A program made the translations under genes and the position numbers. This document shows, piece by piece, positions 60,805-64,000 of a stretch of 64,000 nucleotides of DNA. Each line of letters starts with the position of its first letter. The stretch's first letter is position 1. The stretch is from Podarcis filfolensis. Taxonomy: Eukaryota. The stretch lies in the NCBI GenBank assembly GCA_964270895.1, contig OZ185445.1; one strand, 5' to 3'. The notes under the pieces were generated by a model. It made no database searches. It saw nothing but the letters and a program-made list of their open reading frames with translations, and had not been told where the DNA came from.

Positions 60805-61026
60805 CTCAGCATTGCTGTTTATCTTTAATATGGTATCACTGAGGCAATTTAAAAGTACTTTTACAAAACAGAGTACCTGACTTTTCCCCCCCGCCCCCAC
60901 ACGCACAGCACATATAATGCATATCGACCCCCTCCCGCCCGCCCTCTTCCCCATTAAGGTATAGCACACGCACACGCACACACACACTGCAAGGAAAAAA
61001 AAAACCCCTAATAGCTAATAATGTTA

Positions 61027-61224
<198 letters not shown>

Positions 61225-61388
61225 NNNNNNNNNNNNNNNNNNNNNNNNNNNNNNNNNNNNNNNNNNNNNNNNNNNNNNNNNNNNNNNNNNNNNNNNNNNN
61301 NNNNNNNNNNNNNNNNNNNNNNNNNNNNNNNNNNNNNNNNNNNNNNNNNNNNNNNNNNNNNNNNNNNNNNNNNNNNNNNNNNNNNNNN
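61225..61388. other. Assembly gap / masked run (164 N) covering the 5' part of the MEF2C last exon
   Basis: Directly seen. Confidence 1.
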
Positions 61389-61956
61389 AGAGCCCCCCGG
61401 AAATGCACACGTAACACAAAACAACAGCTCAAAGACTCGAGGCCGAGACTGGGGCATGCCAGGAAGTGAGGAGGGCAAGGGGTGATATTATTTACAGAGG
61501 CAGAAGTGGCCCCATTGCAGGGGTGGAGCCATAACCCTACTCCCTGGCAGCGGTGGGGAGGTCAAGGCTGTGTGGGCTCGCTTGTGGGAATGTGGGACTG
61601 GTGTCACTGGTGCGCCCGCACAGCTCTAGCCTCCCTCAAGCCCTTCTCAGGAAGTGGCAGCAGGGCTGCTGCCAGGAAGCTAGTGTTGCGGCTCTGCCCT
61701 GCCGGGCGGTTTGACCTCATGAACGCCTCGTTGCCTGTCGGAACTGCAAATCACTGTGGCCGTTTTGGGAAGAGGTTCGAGCCAGGATGAGGCAAATTAA
61801 GAAAGGTCAAAACTCAGACCACACTTTCCAGGAACAGTGAGAGGGATCCACACTCTGTACTCTCTAGTGCACTCAAAAGATTAACCTGGATGTGGGAGGG
61901 GGAGATTTAAATCCTTGCTCAAGAAAGTTCTTGGAAAATTCTCTGGTGGTTCAGAT

Positions 61957-62143
61957 GTAATGCTAAACTATGGTTTAATGTTTACATGAATGAGCCTTGG
62001 ACTCATGGGCTCTTTCCCGCTTCTCCTCCTCCAGCTTGTTGTATTTCAATAAATCATAGTTTAAAGTAATCAGAACTTGGCGTAGAGGTGAGGCAGAACC
62101 ATGCAAGCCCAGGCCTTGTTCATAAACGATGGTTTAGCATTAC
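61957..62143. mobile_element. MITE-like element with 20-bp terminal inverted repeats
   Basis: GTAATGCTAAACTATGGTTT (61957-76) versus AAACGATGGTTTAGCATTAC (62124-43), 18/20 complementary. Confidence 0.6.
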
Positions 62144-62441
62144 TTTTAACCTGGGTTATTATCTTGGGTTCTTCCAACATTTTAAAAGTAATTTCCCCCT
62201 TTCTATGATGACAGCCCTATCCCCAAGTCCTGCTTCAGAAGCTCAATAACCATACAAATGGAAAGAGGGTGGGGTGGGCTATGGAGGGAAAGGTTTGCTA
62301 TTTTTAAACAAAATTAAAAATACAGCAGATGTAGACTATAAGTGGTGGAAAGAGGGTCTGTGTGCTCAGTGAAAAATGGTGCCTAGGAAAATAACATCTA
62401 CATCTCTCTATGCCTATATCCATATAGCTACTTTAAAAAAT

Positions 62442-62478
<37 letters not shown>
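62442..62478. repeat. (TG)n microsatellite
   Basis: Directly seen; a second (TG)16 at about 62718-62750. Confidence 0.9.
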
Positions 62479-62482
<4 letters not shown>

Positions 62483-62715
62483 GATGAACGCATGTACACA
62501 CACGCACCCTTCCCCCACAAAAAAGCTGTAAAACTACTGTGTTCCAGTGGTGTCACGGGCAACAGCCAACATGCTCCACAACAGAAATTACATCTGTGGA
62601 ATTACTCTTTGCCTGCCTCTTCAGAGGAGGGATCAGGCTGTCCTGATTTCAGCTTGAAGTGCACTGAAAACCAGTATGACAAAACCAATTTGATGAGACT
62701 TTGCTATGGGATGGG

Positions 62716-62752
<37 letters not shown>

Positions 62753-64000
62753 AGAAACGTATGTCGATACTGCTGTCAGCAATGGCACTATTCTGTCACA
62801 CCCACTGCTCTACTTCTGAATAAAACCTCAAACCTGACAAACCTTATAGAAGTGTCGTGAGAGCAAATGAAAGATAAGAATTCAAAAGCACTCGTTTCAA
62901 TTAAAGAGACTCGTTCAGGTTGGCAGTTGCAGAATGCGCAGGGCCACCCCGAGAGCTGTTTGCTCTTTGAATATCTCCCGGAGCAGGTGCATGAGTTCAA
63001 TGGGAAGTACAAATTAAATGTTGACAGTAGGAAACAGTCTGATACGATAGCTGTGTGAAATGTCTAAATTAAAGTGAGATTTAATGCCTGCACTACGGAG
63101 TTTCTTGCATCTAAAGGCGAAGACTGTTCAGATGCCCTCCAACATGTTCAAGGAACCTGTGAGATGGGGGAGCAGGACTACATCTTTAAGCCACAACCCC
63201 AACAATGTTGACTATGCCCCTCCCCACTTAATCACACATGCCCCTCCCCTTTCCCAGTAACCCTGAATGCAGTTGGCTAGAGCACAGTTAGTGGGTGCTA
63301 TACCATTCTGCCCCTTAAAGGTTCAGTGGTTGTTGTAAGTGTTTATCTGAACAGCTCTGGAGACACCGACCATTTACGCTGGCCAATTACGAGTGAAATC
63401 ACGCTCCGGAACCATGCATCAAACTGAACTTTCAGCTTGCTCCTACTTAAATTTGATGTGGGCTTGATGTGCTTTGCACATGGTGGCCCTGTGTCAACCT
63501 TTCTGAGCATAGATTTGGTTGCTCCTTTGAAGTGAAGTGAAAAGTTATCTGCAGGGGAGACTCCACTTGCGCATGAATATTTGCACCCGGCTCTGGCAAT
63601 CTTAGTGGGACACCCTCCCGAGCCAAGAACTGGAGGATTGTAGCCAATATCTATCAAAATTTCTGCAAAAACGCAAAAATAATGCTTTATCTCATGTGAA
63701 CACATTTGTACTTGGAATGATGTGGCGGTGCTTTTCTCACTAATTGTCACAATGTTTAATAATGAATGGCTATTGTTAGGCAACAAAGAGAGAACCGAAC
63801 GCTGCATGGGTAATTGCTTTCATCTGCCCAGCATTCAGCAGATTTTTGTCAAAATTGGTGCCGTTATCTTCCCAAACAGAAAGGACAAGTGTGTTGGCCC
63901 TACAGTTGCGATTGTGTGAGGAGCAAACGGAAGTGCAGCATTTCCTCTGATAGGCATTGTTTGGGGCTCCTGAAGCCAATAAACTCAGGATGCAACCCCA

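Larger units (their letters stand above)
55285..61026 (-). other. MEF2C: MEF2C 3'UTR (about 5.7 kb, long isoform)
   Basis: Follows the stop codon. Blocks match the human MEF2C 3'UTR as I recall it, e.g. GGCAGATCTTTACTGA, TTAAATAAAAATATAAAAATATG, CCTCAATAAAGGCTGTTGCCTAA and CACAGCGGCATAAGCTGGACTTTGTCGCCACTAGAT, ending GTAAAGTTACTGGCTTTCTTAGTGA. Confidence 0.85.
61389..64000 (-). other. MEF2C: MEF2C last intron (partial)
   Basis: No MEF2C coding similarity seen; the penultimate exon (GWQQQHL...SQL) was not found and should lie beyond the window. Confidence 0.8.

Noticed and set aside
61225-61419. ORF-track N-terminus MCYVCISGGL for the MEF2C ORF
   Set aside because: It lies beyond the N-run in intron sequence and has no similarity to MEF2C.

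Overview
Vertebrate genomic DNA, very probably a lacertid lizard (inferred from Sauria/Squam1 SINEs and other squamate repeats). It spans the MIR9-2 host gene (LINC00461/MIR9-2HG orthologue) to MEF2C interval; both genes are on the minus strand. Firm calls: the mir-9-2 hairpin (7987-8073), and the MEF2C terminal exon, with the last 65 codons visible at 61027-61224 and a roughly 5.7 kb 3'UTR reaching about 55285. The window has three zones. (1) About 9-41.7 kb is CpG-rich and nearly free of LINEs/SINEs, and holds the presumed MIR9-2HG promoters and exons. (2) About 41.7-55 kb is CpG-poor and packed with transposons (Sauria SINEs, CORE-SINE, tRNA/CR1 SINEs, L2, hAT MITEs, a solo LTR). (3) The rest is the MEF2C 3' end. 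Five N-runs hide sequence, including the MEF2C gamma-domain splice acceptors. All other ORFs in the track look spurious or transposon-derived. No wholly new system is demonstrated. The best leads are: a miR-9-5p site in the MEF2C 3'UTR that alternative polyadenylation would switch on or off (a possible cis-linked MEF2C/miR-9-2 loop); a nested four-helix RNA structure about 1 kb downstream of the miRNA; a 59-codon ORF in a candidate host-gene exon; and same-family transposon copies that record a germline-unmethylated domain. Comparisons with human sequence are from memory and need alignment.
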